This document shows positions 51,838 through 62,206 of a stretch of 64,000 nt of DNA, in pieces. The notes under the pieces were generated by a model. The model was not told the DNA's origin. It was given only the letters and a program-made list of their open reading frames with translations, and searched no databases. Location of the stretch: contig BEIL01000004.1 in NCBI GenBank assembly GCA_002898235.1, positions 499-64,498 on the forward strand. Direction: 5' to 3'. Position 1 is the stretch's first letter. Every line of letters starts with the position of its first letter. This DNA is from a bacterium HR35 (GTDB lineage Bacteria > Patescibacteriota > Minisyncoccia > UBA6257 > HR35). The position numbers and the translations under genes are program-made.

Positions 51838-53288
51838 TCTGCTAATATTATATCACCGACTTCTATTTCTTTTGAAGTTTCAACTATTAAGCCACAAAGC
51901 TGTTCTTCTTTAACTTCTTCTGTAGGAACTTTATCTTTTTCTAGGCTGATTATTTTCCCCTTACCAACAACCTCTTCGTTTCTTAAAATCAAAACCTTAT
52001 CACCAAGTTTTATCCTTCCCAAAATAACCCGGCCACCAATTGTCTTTTTTAATTTCGTTTTACTAAAAGTAGCTAAAACTTCCAATTTACCTTTGGGCAT
52101 TTTTTTAGTCTCTTCTTCACCAGTAATTATTTTTTCTAATTTTTCTTCTAGTCGATAAATTACATTTTCTTCAATTAACTTAATTCCTAAATTTTGAAGA
52201 GAAGTTATCAAAGTTTTTGGTGTTTTCACATTAAATGATAAGATAAGAGCATTAAAATCTTTAGCTAAATCAATATCTTGGCTAGTCAATGGACCTAAAT
52301 CTTGTTTAATAATTTTTATATTCTTTTGAAATTTGTTTGCTAAATTAGTCAAAATCTTATCTAAGGCTTCAAGTGAACCTAAATGATCGGCTCTAACAAT
52401 TAAATTAAGCTCGCCTTGAGTTTCGGTTGAAACAAAAATAAATTTTTTGAAATATTCTTTTTCTTTTTCTTGTAAAATTTTTTGAATTTCTTCTTTTTCT
52501 TTTTCCAAACCAACTTTAAATTCTTCTCCGACTGAAGGTAAAATTTCAAAATTACCTACTAAAACTGGTTTTGATGGTTGAGCTTCATTAATTTTTCTTC
52601 CTAAATCATCTTCTAAAAATTTAGCTTTTCCATAAGCTGAAGCAGTAAAAATAAAATTGCCGATAGTTAATTTACCTTGAGTAATTACTAAACTAGCTAA
52701 TAAACCTCTTTGAGGGTCTTTAACAACTTCTAAAACATAACCTGAAGCTGGGCCCTCGTTTTCAGTTTTAAGTTCATAAATATCTCTTAAAATAATTATA
52801 GTTTCTAAAAGTTCATCAATACCTTCACCGGTTTTAGCTGAAGTATAAATTACTGGCACTTCCCCACCCCATTTTTCTGGAATAATGCCGATTTCAACAA
52901 GTTGAGCCAAAACTCTTTCTGGATCAGCTTCTTTCTTGTCAATCTTATTTAAAGCAATAACAAAAGGAACTTGATAGGATTTTAAAAATTCTAAACTTTC
53001 TTTAGTTTGAGGTTTAACTCCTTCATCGGCAGCAACAACCAATATTCCAATATCAGCTATCTTTGAGCCTCTTTCTCTAAGCTTAGAAAAAGCCTCATGT
53101 CCTGGAGTATCAATAAAAGTTATTTTTTCTCCTTTGAATTCTATTTCATAAGCTCCTATCTTTTGAGTAATTCCACCAGCTTCATAACCAGTCAAATTTG
53201 ATCTTCTAATATAGTCAAGTAAGGAAGTTTTACCATGATCAACATGGCCTAAAATAACAACAATTGGTGGTTTTTTAACCAGTGCCAT
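51834..53288 (-). CDS. infB: Translation initiation factor IF-2 (compact form lacking the N-terminal extension)
   Basis: 484 aa. It starts directly at the G domain (VVILGHVDHGKTSLLD, DTPGHEAF, NKID), followed by IF2 domains II-IV. Confidence 0.85.
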   Translation of the reverse strand: MALVKKPPIVVILGHVDHGKTSLLDYIRRSNLTGYEAGGITQKIGAYEIEFKGEKITFIDTPGHEAFSKLRERGSKIADIGILVVAADEGVKPQTKESLEFLKSYQVPFVIALNKIDKKEADPERVLAQLVEIGIIPEKWGGEVPVIYTSAKTGEGIDELLETIIILRDIYELKTENEGPASGYVLEVVKDPQRGLLASLVITQGKLTIGNFIFTASAYGKAKFLEDDLGRKINEAQPSKPVLVGNFEILPSVGEEFKVGLEKEKEEIQKILQEKEKEYFKKFIFVSTETQGELNLIVRADHLGSLEALDKILTNLANKFQKNIKIIKQDLGPLTSQDIDLAKDFNALILSFNVKTPKTLITSLQNLGIKLIEENVIYRLEEKLEKIITGEEETKKMPKGKLEVLATFSKTKLKKTIGGRVILGRIKLGDKVLILRNEEVVGKGKIISLEKDKVPTEEVKEEQLCGLIVETSKEIEVGDIILAE

Positions 53289-53339
53289 AATTTCTTTTCA
53301 AATTTCTAAATTTTTCGCTTTTTTAAATTCTTTTAGATT

Positions 53340-53618
53340 TTAAAGAATTTTAGGAACAACAAGGTAGTCGTCTTTTTTTTCAGGAAAATTATTTATAATC
53401 TCTCGGGTATTTTGACTTTCTTCTGGCAAGTCTTCTCTTAAAGGTAAAGCTGGACTCAAACTTATAAGCGGTTCTAATTCTTCTAAATTAAGCTCATTTA
53501 TTTTTTCAACATAAGCTAAAATTTTTTGAAGTTGACTAGAAAATTTAATCAGTTCTTCTTCGGTTAAAGTAATTTTGGCTAAATAAGCAAAATGTTTTAA
53601 CTTCTCTTTATCAAACAT
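53340..53618 (-). CDS. gatC: Glutamyl-tRNA(Gln) amidotransferase subunit C
   Basis: 92 aa. LKHFAYLAKITLTEEELIKFSSQLQKILAYVEKINELN is the GatC signature. Confidence 0.75.
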   Translation of the reverse strand: MFDKEKLKHFAYLAKITLTEEELIKFSSQLQKILAYVEKINELNLEELEPLISLSPALPLREDLPEESQNTREIINNFPEKKDDYLVVPKIL

Positions 53619-53638
53619 AAAATAATTTTAACAAAAAA

Positions 53639-54457
53639 TCAAAAAGAAATTAAATTTAAATATTTGGCTGAAAAAGTTTTACCTAAAACTAAAGTGAAAT
53701 AAAGTCCCAAAAAGAAAAAGGGGATAAAAGGAATTGGTTTTTTAAGATTTTTTTCTTTTAAAAATAAAATTAAGCCATAAAGAGAACCTAAGAGAGAAGA
53801 AAAAACTAAAAAAATTAAAGCATCACCAAATTTTAAAAAAAGTCCAATAACAAAAACTGTTTTTACATCGCCAAAACCCAAACCTTCGCCTTTGGTAATT
53901 AAATAAATAAAAAAGAAAAGAAAACTTAAAAAGATACTCGAAAATAAAGTTTCTAAATAAGGAGGTAAAATAAAAAGATAATTTAAAAGATAACTAAAAT
54001 CCGGATAAGGAATTTTTAAATAAGTATGATAGAAAACAAAAATTAAACCCAAAAAAAATAAAAAAAGCAAAAAGCGGTCGTCGACTAAAAGCGTATCAAA
54101 ATCATAGAGAGCTAAAATAAAGATAACTGAAAAAAGAAAAAAATAAAAGAGGAATTCAATTAAAAAGAAGAAATTTATCCAAGGTTTAAAAATTAAAGCC
54201 AGAGTAAAAGTAAAAATTGCTGTCAAAATTTCTGTTAAAGGATATCTTAAAGAAATCTTACTTTGACAACCTAAACATCGTCCTTTTTGAATAAGAAAAC
54301 TTATAAGAGGAATTAATTCTTTAACTGAAAGGGTTTTTTTACAAATAGGACAATGAGAACGAGTTAAGAAAAAACTTTCGCCAGTTTTAAGCCGATAAGC
54401 AACATTGTTTAAAAAAGATCCCCAAAAAAGACCAAAGATAAAAAAGAAAATTGCCAT
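53639..54457 (-). CDS. pilD: Prepilin peptidase (A24 family)
   Basis: 272 aa. It has the N-terminal CxxC...CxxC zinc motif (CPICKK...CLGCQ), multiple TM helices, and GFGDVK. Confidence 0.7.
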   Translation of the reverse strand: MAIFFFIFGLFWGSFLNNVAYRLKTGESFFLTRSHCPICKKTLSVKELIPLISFLIQKGRCLGCQSKISLRYPLTEILTAIFTFTLALIFKPWINFFFLIEFLFYFFLFSVIFILALYDFDTLLVDDRFLLFLFFLGLIFVFYHTYLKIPYPDFSYLLNYLFILPPYLETLFSSIFLSFLFFFIYLITKGEGLGFGDVKTVFVIGLFLKFGDALIFLVFSSLLGSLYGLILFLKEKNLKKPIPFIPFFFLGLYFTLVLGKTFSAKYLNLISF

Positions 54458-54458
54458 C

Positions 54459-55664
54459 TTAAAAGTTTTGAATATATTTAGTCAAGTTAAGCAAAGGGAT
54501 TAAAAGAGAAGCCTCTAAAAGACCTAAACCACCACCTAAAATTAAAATAAGAAATGGCTGTAAAGCTTCACCTAAACTAGCAAATTGAGTTTCTACTGTT
54601 TCTGAATAAAACTCTAAAAGAGTAAAAGTAATTTCGCTCATTTGACCAGTTTTTTCTGCTGTTCTCATTGCTTGAATAATAATAATAGGAAAAATATCTG
54701 AAAACTCCTCCATTGACTCGCTTAATGGTTTTCCCTTTTTTACTTCTTCAATCATATACTCTAAAGCATATTCATAAGCAGGATGAGCTATGCTTTGTTT
54801 AATAATATCTAATGCTTCAACCAAAGGCACACCGCCTTTAGTTAAATAAAAAAGAGATTCTAAAAATTGAGCAGTATAAATATTTTTAAAAAGAGAATTC
54901 AAAATTGGTACATAATTTATAAATTCAAAAAATATTTTTCTTCCTTCTTTTGTTCGAAAATATTTGAAAAGATAATAAAAGAAAGCAATAACAATAATTA
55001 AAAAGAAAACTCCAAAATTTAAAATAAAATCAGAAATAAATTGAAAAATACGGGTAATAGTTGGTAAAGGGATGTTATTTTCAACAAACATTTTAGTAAT
55101 TTGAGGAATTACATAATAAAAAAGGACAAGCATCACCACAATAAACATAGCAAAAACAATAGCTGGGTAAATTAAAGCTTGAAGAGCCTTATTTCTGAAT
55201 TTGATTTGGTTTTCTAAGTGTTTAGAAAGATAAATTAAGGTCTCATCTAAAGTACCAACCTTTTCACCGATTTTTATCATTCCCACAAAGTAAGCATCAA
55301 AAACATCAGGAAATCTCTCTAAGGAATTAGAGAAAGGAACACCAGAAATTAGGTCATTATAAATTTGAATTAAAATATCACGAAAAACTAAATTTTGAGT
55401 AGTTTCAGAAAGAGATTTTACAGCTTCATCTAGAGGAGTTTGGGCTTTAATTAAATAACTTAATTGTCTTGAAAAAAGATAAATATCATTTAAACCGGGT
55501 TTCCTTAAAAAAATCTCTAATAATCTGATTTTTGATTCAGATAAATAAGTAACTAAAAGGTCCTGATCTTGTAAAATTTTTAAAGCTTCTTCTTTTGAAG
55601 AAGCAGTAATTATTCCTTTTTTTAATTCTCCTTCTTTAGTAAAAGCCCGGTATTCAAATCTCAT
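54459..55664 (-). CDS. pilC: Type IV pilus/type II secretion platform protein (GspF/PilC family)
   Basis: 401 aa with duplicated GspF domains containing TM segments. Confidence 0.8.
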   Translation of the reverse strand: MRFEYRAFTKEGELKKGIITASSKEEALKILQDQDLLVTYLSESKIRLLEIFLRKPGLNDIYLFSRQLSYLIKAQTPLDEAVKSLSETTQNLVFRDILIQIYNDLISGVPFSNSLERFPDVFDAYFVGMIKIGEKVGTLDETLIYLSKHLENQIKFRNKALQALIYPAIVFAMFIVVMLVLFYYVIPQITKMFVENNIPLPTITRIFQFISDFILNFGVFFLIIVIAFFYYLFKYFRTKEGRKIFFEFINYVPILNSLFKNIYTAQFLESLFYLTKGGVPLVEALDIIKQSIAHPAYEYALEYMIEEVKKGKPLSESMEEFSDIFPIIIIQAMRTAEKTGQMSEITFTLLEFYSETVETQFASLGEALQPFLILILGGGLGLLEASLLIPLLNLTKYIQNF

Positions 55665-56722
55665 TGTTCAAGCAAATATTTTAATCTTTCTGGTTTAAGA
55701 CTAAATTCTAAAGCCTTATCTAAAGAAATATGACCCAATTGAACTAAATTAGCTAATGATCTATCTAAAGAAATCATTCCTTCCTGTAAAGAGGTATCGA
55801 TTACATTATCAATTTGGTAAACTTTATTTTCTCGAATTAAATTTCTAATAGCATTATTAGCAATTAAAATCTCACAAGCTGGAACTCGACCTCCAGTAAC
55901 TTTGGGAACTAATCTTTGCGAAATAACACCTATCAAAGTTGAAGCTAACTGAAGCCTAGCTTGATTTTTTTGTGATTCTGGCAAGACATCGATAATTCTA
56001 TCAATTGTTTGAGAAGCTGAATTGGTATGTAAAGTTCCTAAAACTAAGTGACCAGTTTCAGCGGCAGTTAAAGCAATCGAAATAGAAATTGCATCTCGAA
56101 GCTCACCGATCATAATAACATCTGGGTCTTCTCTTAAAGCTGCTTTTAAAGCTCGATGCCAAGTAGGTGAATGAGTAGGAATTTCTCTTTGAGAAATAAC
56201 TGATTTATCTGGAGTAAAAATATATTCAATTGGTTCTTCAATAGTAATTATATGGGCTTGTCTTGTATGATTGATTTCATCAATCATAGCTGCTAAAGTA
56301 GTTGATTTGCCAACACCAGCTGGTCCAGTAATCAAAATTAAACCCTGTCTTCTTTGAATAAATTCATAAAGGATTGGAGGAAGATTTAATTCTTCAATAT
56401 TTTTGATAGTATTAGGGATAACTCGAAAAGCTCCTGCCCAACCATTAAATTGAAGATAAATATTAGCTCGAAAACGAATTTCATTATTAAGAAAAAAAGA
56501 AAAGTCTAAATCTTTAAACTTAAGAATTCTTTCTTTTAATTCTTGGTCTAAAAGAGAAAAAAGCATTTTTTCAGTATCTTCATAAGTCAAAACATCAAAA
56601 TGAGTTAAAGAAAAAAGTTCTCCGTCTTTTCTAATTATTGGAAAACTTCCTGGAATAATATGAATATCAGAAGCTTTTTCATTAACAGCATATTCTAAAA
56701 TCATTTGAAGGTTTTTATCCAT
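55661..56722 (-). CDS. pilT: Twitching-motility retraction ATPase PilT
   Basis: 353 aa with Walker A GPAGVGKST, an Asp box, Walker B, and the His box LVLGTLHTNSA. Confidence 0.85.
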   Translation of the reverse strand: MDKNLQMILEYAVNEKASDIHIIPGSFPIIRKDGELFSLTHFDVLTYEDTEKMLFSLLDQELKERILKFKDLDFSFFLNNEIRFRANIYLQFNGWAGAFRVIPNTIKNIEELNLPPILYEFIQRRQGLILITGPAGVGKSTTLAAMIDEINHTRQAHIITIEEPIEYIFTPDKSVISQREIPTHSPTWHRALKAALREDPDVIMIGELRDAISISIALTAAETGHLVLGTLHTNSASQTIDRIIDVLPESQKNQARLQLASTLIGVISQRLVPKVTGGRVPACEILIANNAIRNLIRENKVYQIDNVIDTSLQEGMISLDRSLANLVQLGHISLDKALEFSLKPERLKYLLEQ

Positions 56723-56723
56723 T

Positions 56724-58433
56724 TTAAGTTACTTTGAAAATTTCATCAAGAAAAACTCGACCCTGACTTGCTTTTATTATACCATCCAGCCTCATAGAAA
56801 TAAAATTTTGTTTTTTTACTAAATCAAACATTTCGGCTTCAGTTAATCCTTTAGAGACAGCTTGAGCAATTTCTTTAGTCATTTCAAACATTTCAAAAAT
56901 TCCTATTCTGCCGATGTAACCTCTAAAATGACATTTTTCGCAACCTCTTCCTCGAAAAGCTTTAACTTCGAAATCTTGATATTCTGGAGGAGCTTCGGCT
57001 AAAACTTTTTTAATTTCACTTTTAAGTTCTGGCGAGATATCGGTTTCTTCTTTACAATTTTGACAAATTTGTCTAACTAATCTTTGAGCAATAACTAAAT
57101 TAATAATTGAAGGTATAAAATAAGGTTTAACTCCCATATCAATAAGACGAGGAATGGCTCCTAAGCTGGTATTAGTATGAAGAGTTGATAAAACTAAGTG
57201 GCCAGTTAAAGCTGCATGAGTAACTAATTCAGCTGTTTCTTCATCACGAATCTCACCTACTAAAATAACATCTGGGTCTTGCCTTAAAATTTCTCTTAAA
57301 CCATTAGCAAAAGAATAACCAATTTCTGGTCTTACTTGAGACTGATTAACACCAGCAATTTTATATTCAACCGGATCCTCTAGGCTAACAATATTAATTT
57401 CTTCTCGATTAATTTCTTGTAAAAGAGCATTTAAAGTTGTAGTTTTACCTGAACCAGTTGGACCAGTAACCAAAATTAAACCATAAGAGCGCCTAATATT
57501 CCTTTTAATAATTTCATAATGGTAATCAGCTAAACCTAGATCTTGAATTTTCTTTAAGCCAACTAAGGGGTCTAAAATCCTGATAGCTGCTTTTTCGCCA
57601 TTGATTGTAGGAAAAATGCCAACACGAAAATCTATTTCTCTACCCTGAACTGTTGCTCGAAAACGAGCATCTTGAGGAATTCTTTGTTCATCTAATCTTA
57701 AATTGGTTAAAATTTTGACTCGATTAATTAAAGGTTGTTGGAGATCTTTAGGCAGCAGGGCGACTGTTTTTAAATCACCAAAAAGTCTAAATCTAATTCT
57801 TAATCGATCTGGCAAAGGTTCAATATGAATATCAGAAGCTCGAAGAGCAACGGCTTTTCTAATTATTAATTCTAACATCTTTATTACTGGTCCTTCTTCA
57901 CCAACAGTAATTTCTTGTGATAAAGCAAACATTTCTTTCTCTTCTATTTTTCTTCCTTTTTGACTACGGAAATCAATAGTTAATTTTTTAAGTTCTTCTT
58001 CAAAATTGTGATAATCTTCTAAATGAATATAAAAGTCTTGAATGGAGATTAAAAAAATTTTTACTTCTTGAAGTTTCAAATTTTGCTTTAAAACTTCAAT
58101 TACTTTTTCTTGAAGTTGAGGAACTTCTGGATCAACAACTCCTAAATAAAGAATATTCTGTTTATAATCAAAAGCTAAAATTTTATAATTTAGGGCTGTT
58201 TTTTCTGGTATTTTATTAATAATCTCTAAGGGGATAACTTCATCCATTTCGAAAGTTTTAATTGGCAAATTATAAATTTGAGCTTTAAAATCTAAAATTT
58301 CTTTAATAGGAATTAAATTCTTGTTATAAGCATATTCTTCAAAGGTCATCCCTAAAATTTTTGCTTCCATTAACCATTCTTCAATCTTCGGGTATTTTTC
58401 TTTGAAATAACTAATTAAAGATTCTTCTTTCAT
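56724..58433 (-). CDS. pilB: Type IV pilus assembly ATPase PilB/GspE
   Basis: 569 aa with Walker A GPTGSGKTT, the His box LVLSTLHTN, and a C-terminal tetra-Cys zinc site (CQNC...CEKC). Confidence 0.85.
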   Translation of the reverse strand: MKEESLISYFKEKYPKIEEWLMEAKILGMTFEEYAYNKNLIPIKEILDFKAQIYNLPIKTFEMDEVIPLEIINKIPEKTALNYKILAFDYKQNILYLGVVDPEVPQLQEKVIEVLKQNLKLQEVKIFLISIQDFYIHLEDYHNFEEELKKLTIDFRSQKGRKIEEKEMFALSQEITVGEEGPVIKMLELIIRKAVALRASDIHIEPLPDRLRIRFRLFGDLKTVALLPKDLQQPLINRVKILTNLRLDEQRIPQDARFRATVQGREIDFRVGIFPTINGEKAAIRILDPLVGLKKIQDLGLADYHYEIIKRNIRRSYGLILVTGPTGSGKTTTLNALLQEINREEINIVSLEDPVEYKIAGVNQSQVRPEIGYSFANGLREILRQDPDVILVGEIRDEETAELVTHAALTGHLVLSTLHTNTSLGAIPRLIDMGVKPYFIPSIINLVIAQRLVRQICQNCKEETDISPELKSEIKKVLAEAPPEYQDFEVKAFRGRGCEKCHFRGYIGRIGIFEMFEMTKEIAQAVSKGLTEAEMFDLVKKQNFISMRLDGIIKASQGRVFLDEIFKVT

Positions 58434-58435
58434 TT

Positions 58436-59795
58436 TTAGTAAGAAGAAAAAAGGCTTGATCTTCCTAAATCTTCTTGATTTATTTGAGGCACTGCTATTT
58501 TTTCGGTATTAAGATTTTGAAGATTTTTAAGTTTTTCTTGAAAGTTATATTTCTTAATATAATCTAGCTGATTTTGAATCTGTTCAAGTAAAGGAGATGG
58601 TTCATAGCTTTCTTTTAAAATTCCAAAACGCCAAAAAATAAAAATTGAACTTCCTATAAAAACTAAAAAAATAAAAACAGCAAAGGTAATGATTGTTGAA
58701 AGTTTCATTTATTTTTTGAAGGATTTAAGATAAGATAATAAGCAGCGACCTCTAAATTAGCACTAACATTATTTTCTTTTTCATTCCAACTTAAACCAGC
58801 TTTATTTATTTCCATTAATCTTGAAGATTTATCAATATAAGAGATAAATTCTTGAAGTTTAGCTAAATCAATTTTTTCAAAACTTAAATCAAAATTAACA
58901 CTTGAAACAGGTAAAACATAAGGAGAAACAAAATAATTTTCTTCTTTAGAAAGATTAAAATTGCTTCCAGGAAATTCACCTAAATTTAAGATTCTGTAAG
59001 TATTCACTAAATAAGCCATAATTTCTGTAATTTTAGGCTCTCGAGGTAGCCAAGTTTCTAAAGTCTCTTTTTGGGCTAAAAGAGAAGAAATATTTTTATC
59101 TTTATTTAATTCGCTTATAATTCTTTCAAGTTCTAATAAATCTTTTTCTTGGTTTCTAAGTTTGTTTAATTCACGAGCTAAACTAATAGTTTGCTTATAA
59201 GTAGGCAAAAGCATTGAGGTAAAAACATAAGCTATCAAACTGATTAAAATTACCGGAATAAGATTAAGGAAAATTCTCATTATTTAAAAAATTGAGGAGT
59301 TAATTTTAAGGTTAAACTAAAAGTAAGCAAATTTTCTTTCTCATCATAACGAGGATAACTTTCTTTATCAATAATGAATTTTGGATTTTTCTCTAAATAA
59401 TTTCTAAATTTAAGATAATCATCCCAAGAATGAAAAGCTAAATTTAAGCTAATTGATTTTTCTTTTTTGTCATAAGAAAAACTTTTAACAATTAAAGACT
59501 TAGGCATAGCTGAATTAAATTTTTCAATAAGAGTATTAAGGGAAATTCGATTTTCGGCTAAATAGGCTGAATTAGCGTACTGAGAAAAAATAAAATAAGC
59601 TTCATTATTTTTTATATTATTAAGAACTTCATTTTCTTTCTTTTCAATTTCTGTTTTTTTATCTTGAATTAGCTGAGCTTGTTTTTGATTATAAAAATCT
59701 AAACCATAATAAAAAAGAAGTTCAATAGCTAAAATAATAATAAAAGGCAAATAAAGATTAAGGGGTAAAACTTCAGAAATTTTAAACCTTTCCAT
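58436..59795 (-). CDS. Three small single-TM pilus assembly proteins: 58436..58708, 58705..59280 (PilO-like), and 59280..59795 (PilN-like)
   Basis: Each has one N-terminal TM helix followed by a coiled-coil or periplasmic domain. They sit between pilM and pilB with overlapping stop/start codons. Confidence 0.4.
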
Positions 59796-59806
59796 TTAAA
59801 AAAATT

Positions 59807-60868
59807 TTAAAACATTATTTTTCGAAAAACAATTCCCAAAGCTTGGGTAAAGAGAGTTGATTTTTCTTTAAGGGCAATAAATTTTTCACCTTTGACAAAT
59901 GAAGAAATATCTAAAATTTCAAACGGATAGCGATTAAATCTTTGAGCAAATTTTTCTTTAAAACCAGCCAAAACTACTAAACCGCCAGTTAAATAAATTT
60001 TTTCCGGTTTAATTAAAAGTTTATCTTCAGTTTTTAAAATTTCGCTTTCAATTGTTCGGGTAACATTATCTAAATAAGAATCACTAAAATTCTTGAGTTC
60101 TCTTTCTTCAGGATTGAAATTAAATCCTCTTCTTTGAACAAATTCAACTGTTTTTTCTTCTGTAAATTTAGTAAAACTCATTATTGAATCTAAATAATCA
60201 TATCCTCGAATTGAAATTTTTGTGGCATAAATTACTTTACCATTTTTAATGACAAATAAATTAGAATAAGAATGGCCTAAATCAAAAGCAAAATAAGTTC
60301 CTTTATTTAAAACAAAAAATGGTTCTAAATTAAAAAATTCGGCTCCATAACCTTTAACTCGAAGCTTAGCTAAGTGGGCGATATTTTCTATCTTTTGAAA
60401 ATAAGTTTTAGGAACAGCGGTTAAAAAAACTAACCAATTTTTTTGACCATCTTTTTCGAAATCAAGATAACGAAATTCAATCTCTACTTCTTCTAAAGCT
60501 AAAGGAATCTGTTTTTGCGATTCAAATTTAACTACTTGAGGTAAGCTTCTTTCCGGAATATTGGGAACAAAAAAACTTGCTGGCAAAAGATAAGGAGTAG
60601 GCAAACTAAAAATTGCTTCATTGGATTTAATTTTGAAACTTTCTAAAAATTCCTTTAAAACTGAAGCTAAAGATTCCTCTAAAACTTTAGAAACAGAATA
60701 AACTTCTTTAAAATTTATAATAGGAATCATTCCAAAATTAACCACTTCTAGACTGCCGCTTTTTTCAACCACCTCAACAATCTTAATGCTAAAAGAGCCA
60801 AGATCAATGCCTAAATATCTTTTTTCTCCTAATAAAATGTTTAAAACCATTCTTAATAAATTATACAC
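59807..60868 (-). CDS. pilM: Type IV pilus assembly protein PilM (actin-like ATPase)
   Basis: 353 aa. The N-terminus YLGIDLGSFSIKIVEV matches PilM, and the gene is first in the pilMNO-pilB-pilT-pilC-pilD series. Confidence 0.65.
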   Translation of the reverse strand: MYNLLRMVLNILLGEKRYLGIDLGSFSIKIVEVVEKSGSLEVVNFGMIPIINFKEVYSVSKVLEESLASVLKEFLESFKIKSNEAIFSLPTPYLLPASFFVPNIPERSLPQVVKFESQKQIPLALEEVEIEFRYLDFEKDGQKNWLVFLTAVPKTYFQKIENIAHLAKLRVKGYGAEFFNLEPFFVLNKGTYFAFDLGHSYSNLFVIKNGKVIYATKISIRGYDYLDSIMSFTKFTEEKTVEFVQRRGFNFNPEERELKNFSDSYLDNVTRTIESEILKTEDKLLIKPEKIYLTGGLVVLAGFKEKFAQRFNRYPFEILDISSFVKGEKFIALKEKSTLFTQALGIVFRKIMF

Positions 60869-61520
60869 TTTCTTTTTAGATATTTTTAGTCCTAAATATT
60901 GCCTTTTATGTTTAAAGTGGTCTCCTAATTATTTTTGTCAAGTTTGTTTAAAAAAAATAAATTTTGAGCCTCAAATTACTTGCCTTTTTTGTGAAAAAAA
61001 ATTAAGTTTTGATTCAGTTTGTAAACAACATTCTCGACCAATCAGAAAATTAATTAGTTTTGGTATTTATGAAGAGAGTTCCCTCAAAGAAAAAATAATT
61101 TTAGCTAAAAATAATGGTTATCGAGAAGTTTTTTATGATTTAGGTAAAGAAATAGGAGAAAAAATTAAAAATTTTAATTGGCAGGGGTTCCAATTAGCTT
61201 TTATTCCTTTAACTAGAAAAAAATATTTTTTAAGAGGCTTTAATCAAGCGGAAGCTTTAGCTCAAGGAATTCAAGAGATTTTGAGACTTCCAATCTTTGA
61301 TGGAATTATTAAAATAAAAGAAACAAAAGATCAAGCAGAGCTTAACTTTGAAGAAAGAAAAACTAATTTAAAAGCTGCTTTTAAATTAAACAAAAAACCA
61401 GGAGAAAAAATTTTATTAATCGATGATATTAAAACAACTGGAACTACTTTAGCTGAAGTAGCTCAAATTTTAAAAAAAGAAGGAACTAAAGAAATAATTG
61501 CTTTAACAATTTTAAGATGA
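60786..61520 (+). CDS. comFC: ComF-family competence protein (a double zinc ribbon plus a phosphoribosyltransferase domain). The true start may be the ATG at 60837.
   Basis: It has CLLCLKW...CQVCL and CLFCEKKL...CKQH zinc ribbons and a C-terminal PRTase motif ILLIDDIKTTGTTL. Confidence 0.7.
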   Translation: MLKEPRSMPKYLFSPNKMFKTILNKLYTFFLDIFSPKYCLLCLKWSPNYFCQVCLKKINFEPQITCLFCEKKLSFDSVCKQHSRPIRKLISFGIYEESSLKEKIILAKNNGYREVFYDLGKEIGEKIKNFNWQGFQLAFIPLTRKKYFLRGFNQAEALAQGIQEILRLPIFDGIIKIKETKDQAELNFEERKTNLKAAFKLNKKPGEKILLIDDIKTTGTTLAEVAQILKKEGTKEIIALTILR

Positions 61521-62197
61521 AAAGAAAAATTTTTCTTTACAACCAATATTTAACTGAAAAATTAGAAATTTCCGATGAAAAAATAATTCATCGACTAAAA
61601 AATGTCTTAAGATTAAAACCAGGAGAAAAAATTTATTTTCTAAATAATTTTGAAGAAGAAGCTGAATATGAAGTTTTAGATAATAAAAAATGGATTTTTA
61701 AAAGAATTGATTATCATCTGCGAACTTTAAAGCCAAAACGCCAAATCAATCTTCTTATTTCTTTAATTAGAAAAGAAAAATTTGAATTAATTTTAGAAAA
61801 AGGAACAGAATTAGGAGTTTATTCTTTTCAACCAATTATTACTCAAAGAAGCAGTTTAAAAATAAAAGAGATTCCTGAAAGATGGTTAAGAATAATCGGC
61901 GAATCTTTGGAGGTAACTAATTGGCAACAAACACCAGAAATAAAAGAAATTAAAACTTTAAAAGAAGTTTTGGATGAAGATTTGGAAAACTTTTATATTG
62001 CCCATAAAAAAGGAGAAAAAATAGATTTAAATAAGCTTCCTCAAAAAATTAATCTTTTAATTGGTCCAGAAGGAGGTTTTAGCGAGGAAGAAGAAAAAAT
62101 CTTAAAAGAAAAAGGAAGGTTTATTTCTTTAGGTGAAATAGATTTTCGAACAGAAACAGCTGTTTTAATTTTTCTTTCTTTGCTTAATTTCTCTTAA
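61517..62197 (+). CDS. rsmE: 16S rRNA (uracil1498-N3)-methyltransferase RsmE
   Basis: 226 aa. It has the RsmE N-terminal PUA-like region, and the C-terminal LLIGPEGGFSEEE is the SPOUT SAM-binding motif. Confidence 0.7.
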   Translation: MKRKIFLYNQYLTEKLEISDEKIIHRLKNVLRLKPGEKIYFLNNFEEEAEYEVLDNKKWIFKRIDYHLRTLKPKRQINLLISLIRKEKFELILEKGTELGVYSFQPIITQRSSLKIKEIPERWLRIIGESLEVTNWQQTPEIKEIKTLKEVLDEDLENFYIAHKKGEKIDLNKLPQKINLLIGPEGGFSEEEEKILKEKGRFISLGEIDFRTETAVLIFLSLLNFS

Positions 62198-62206
62198 AAT
62201 AAAAAT

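Noticed and set aside
51834-53288. IF-2 of only 484 aa and enolase of only 377 aa as truncated pseudogenes
   Set aside because: Both retain all core catalytic and G-domain motifs with intact reading frames. Compact versions of housekeeping proteins are typical of reduced CPR genomes, so there is no evidence of pseudogenisation.
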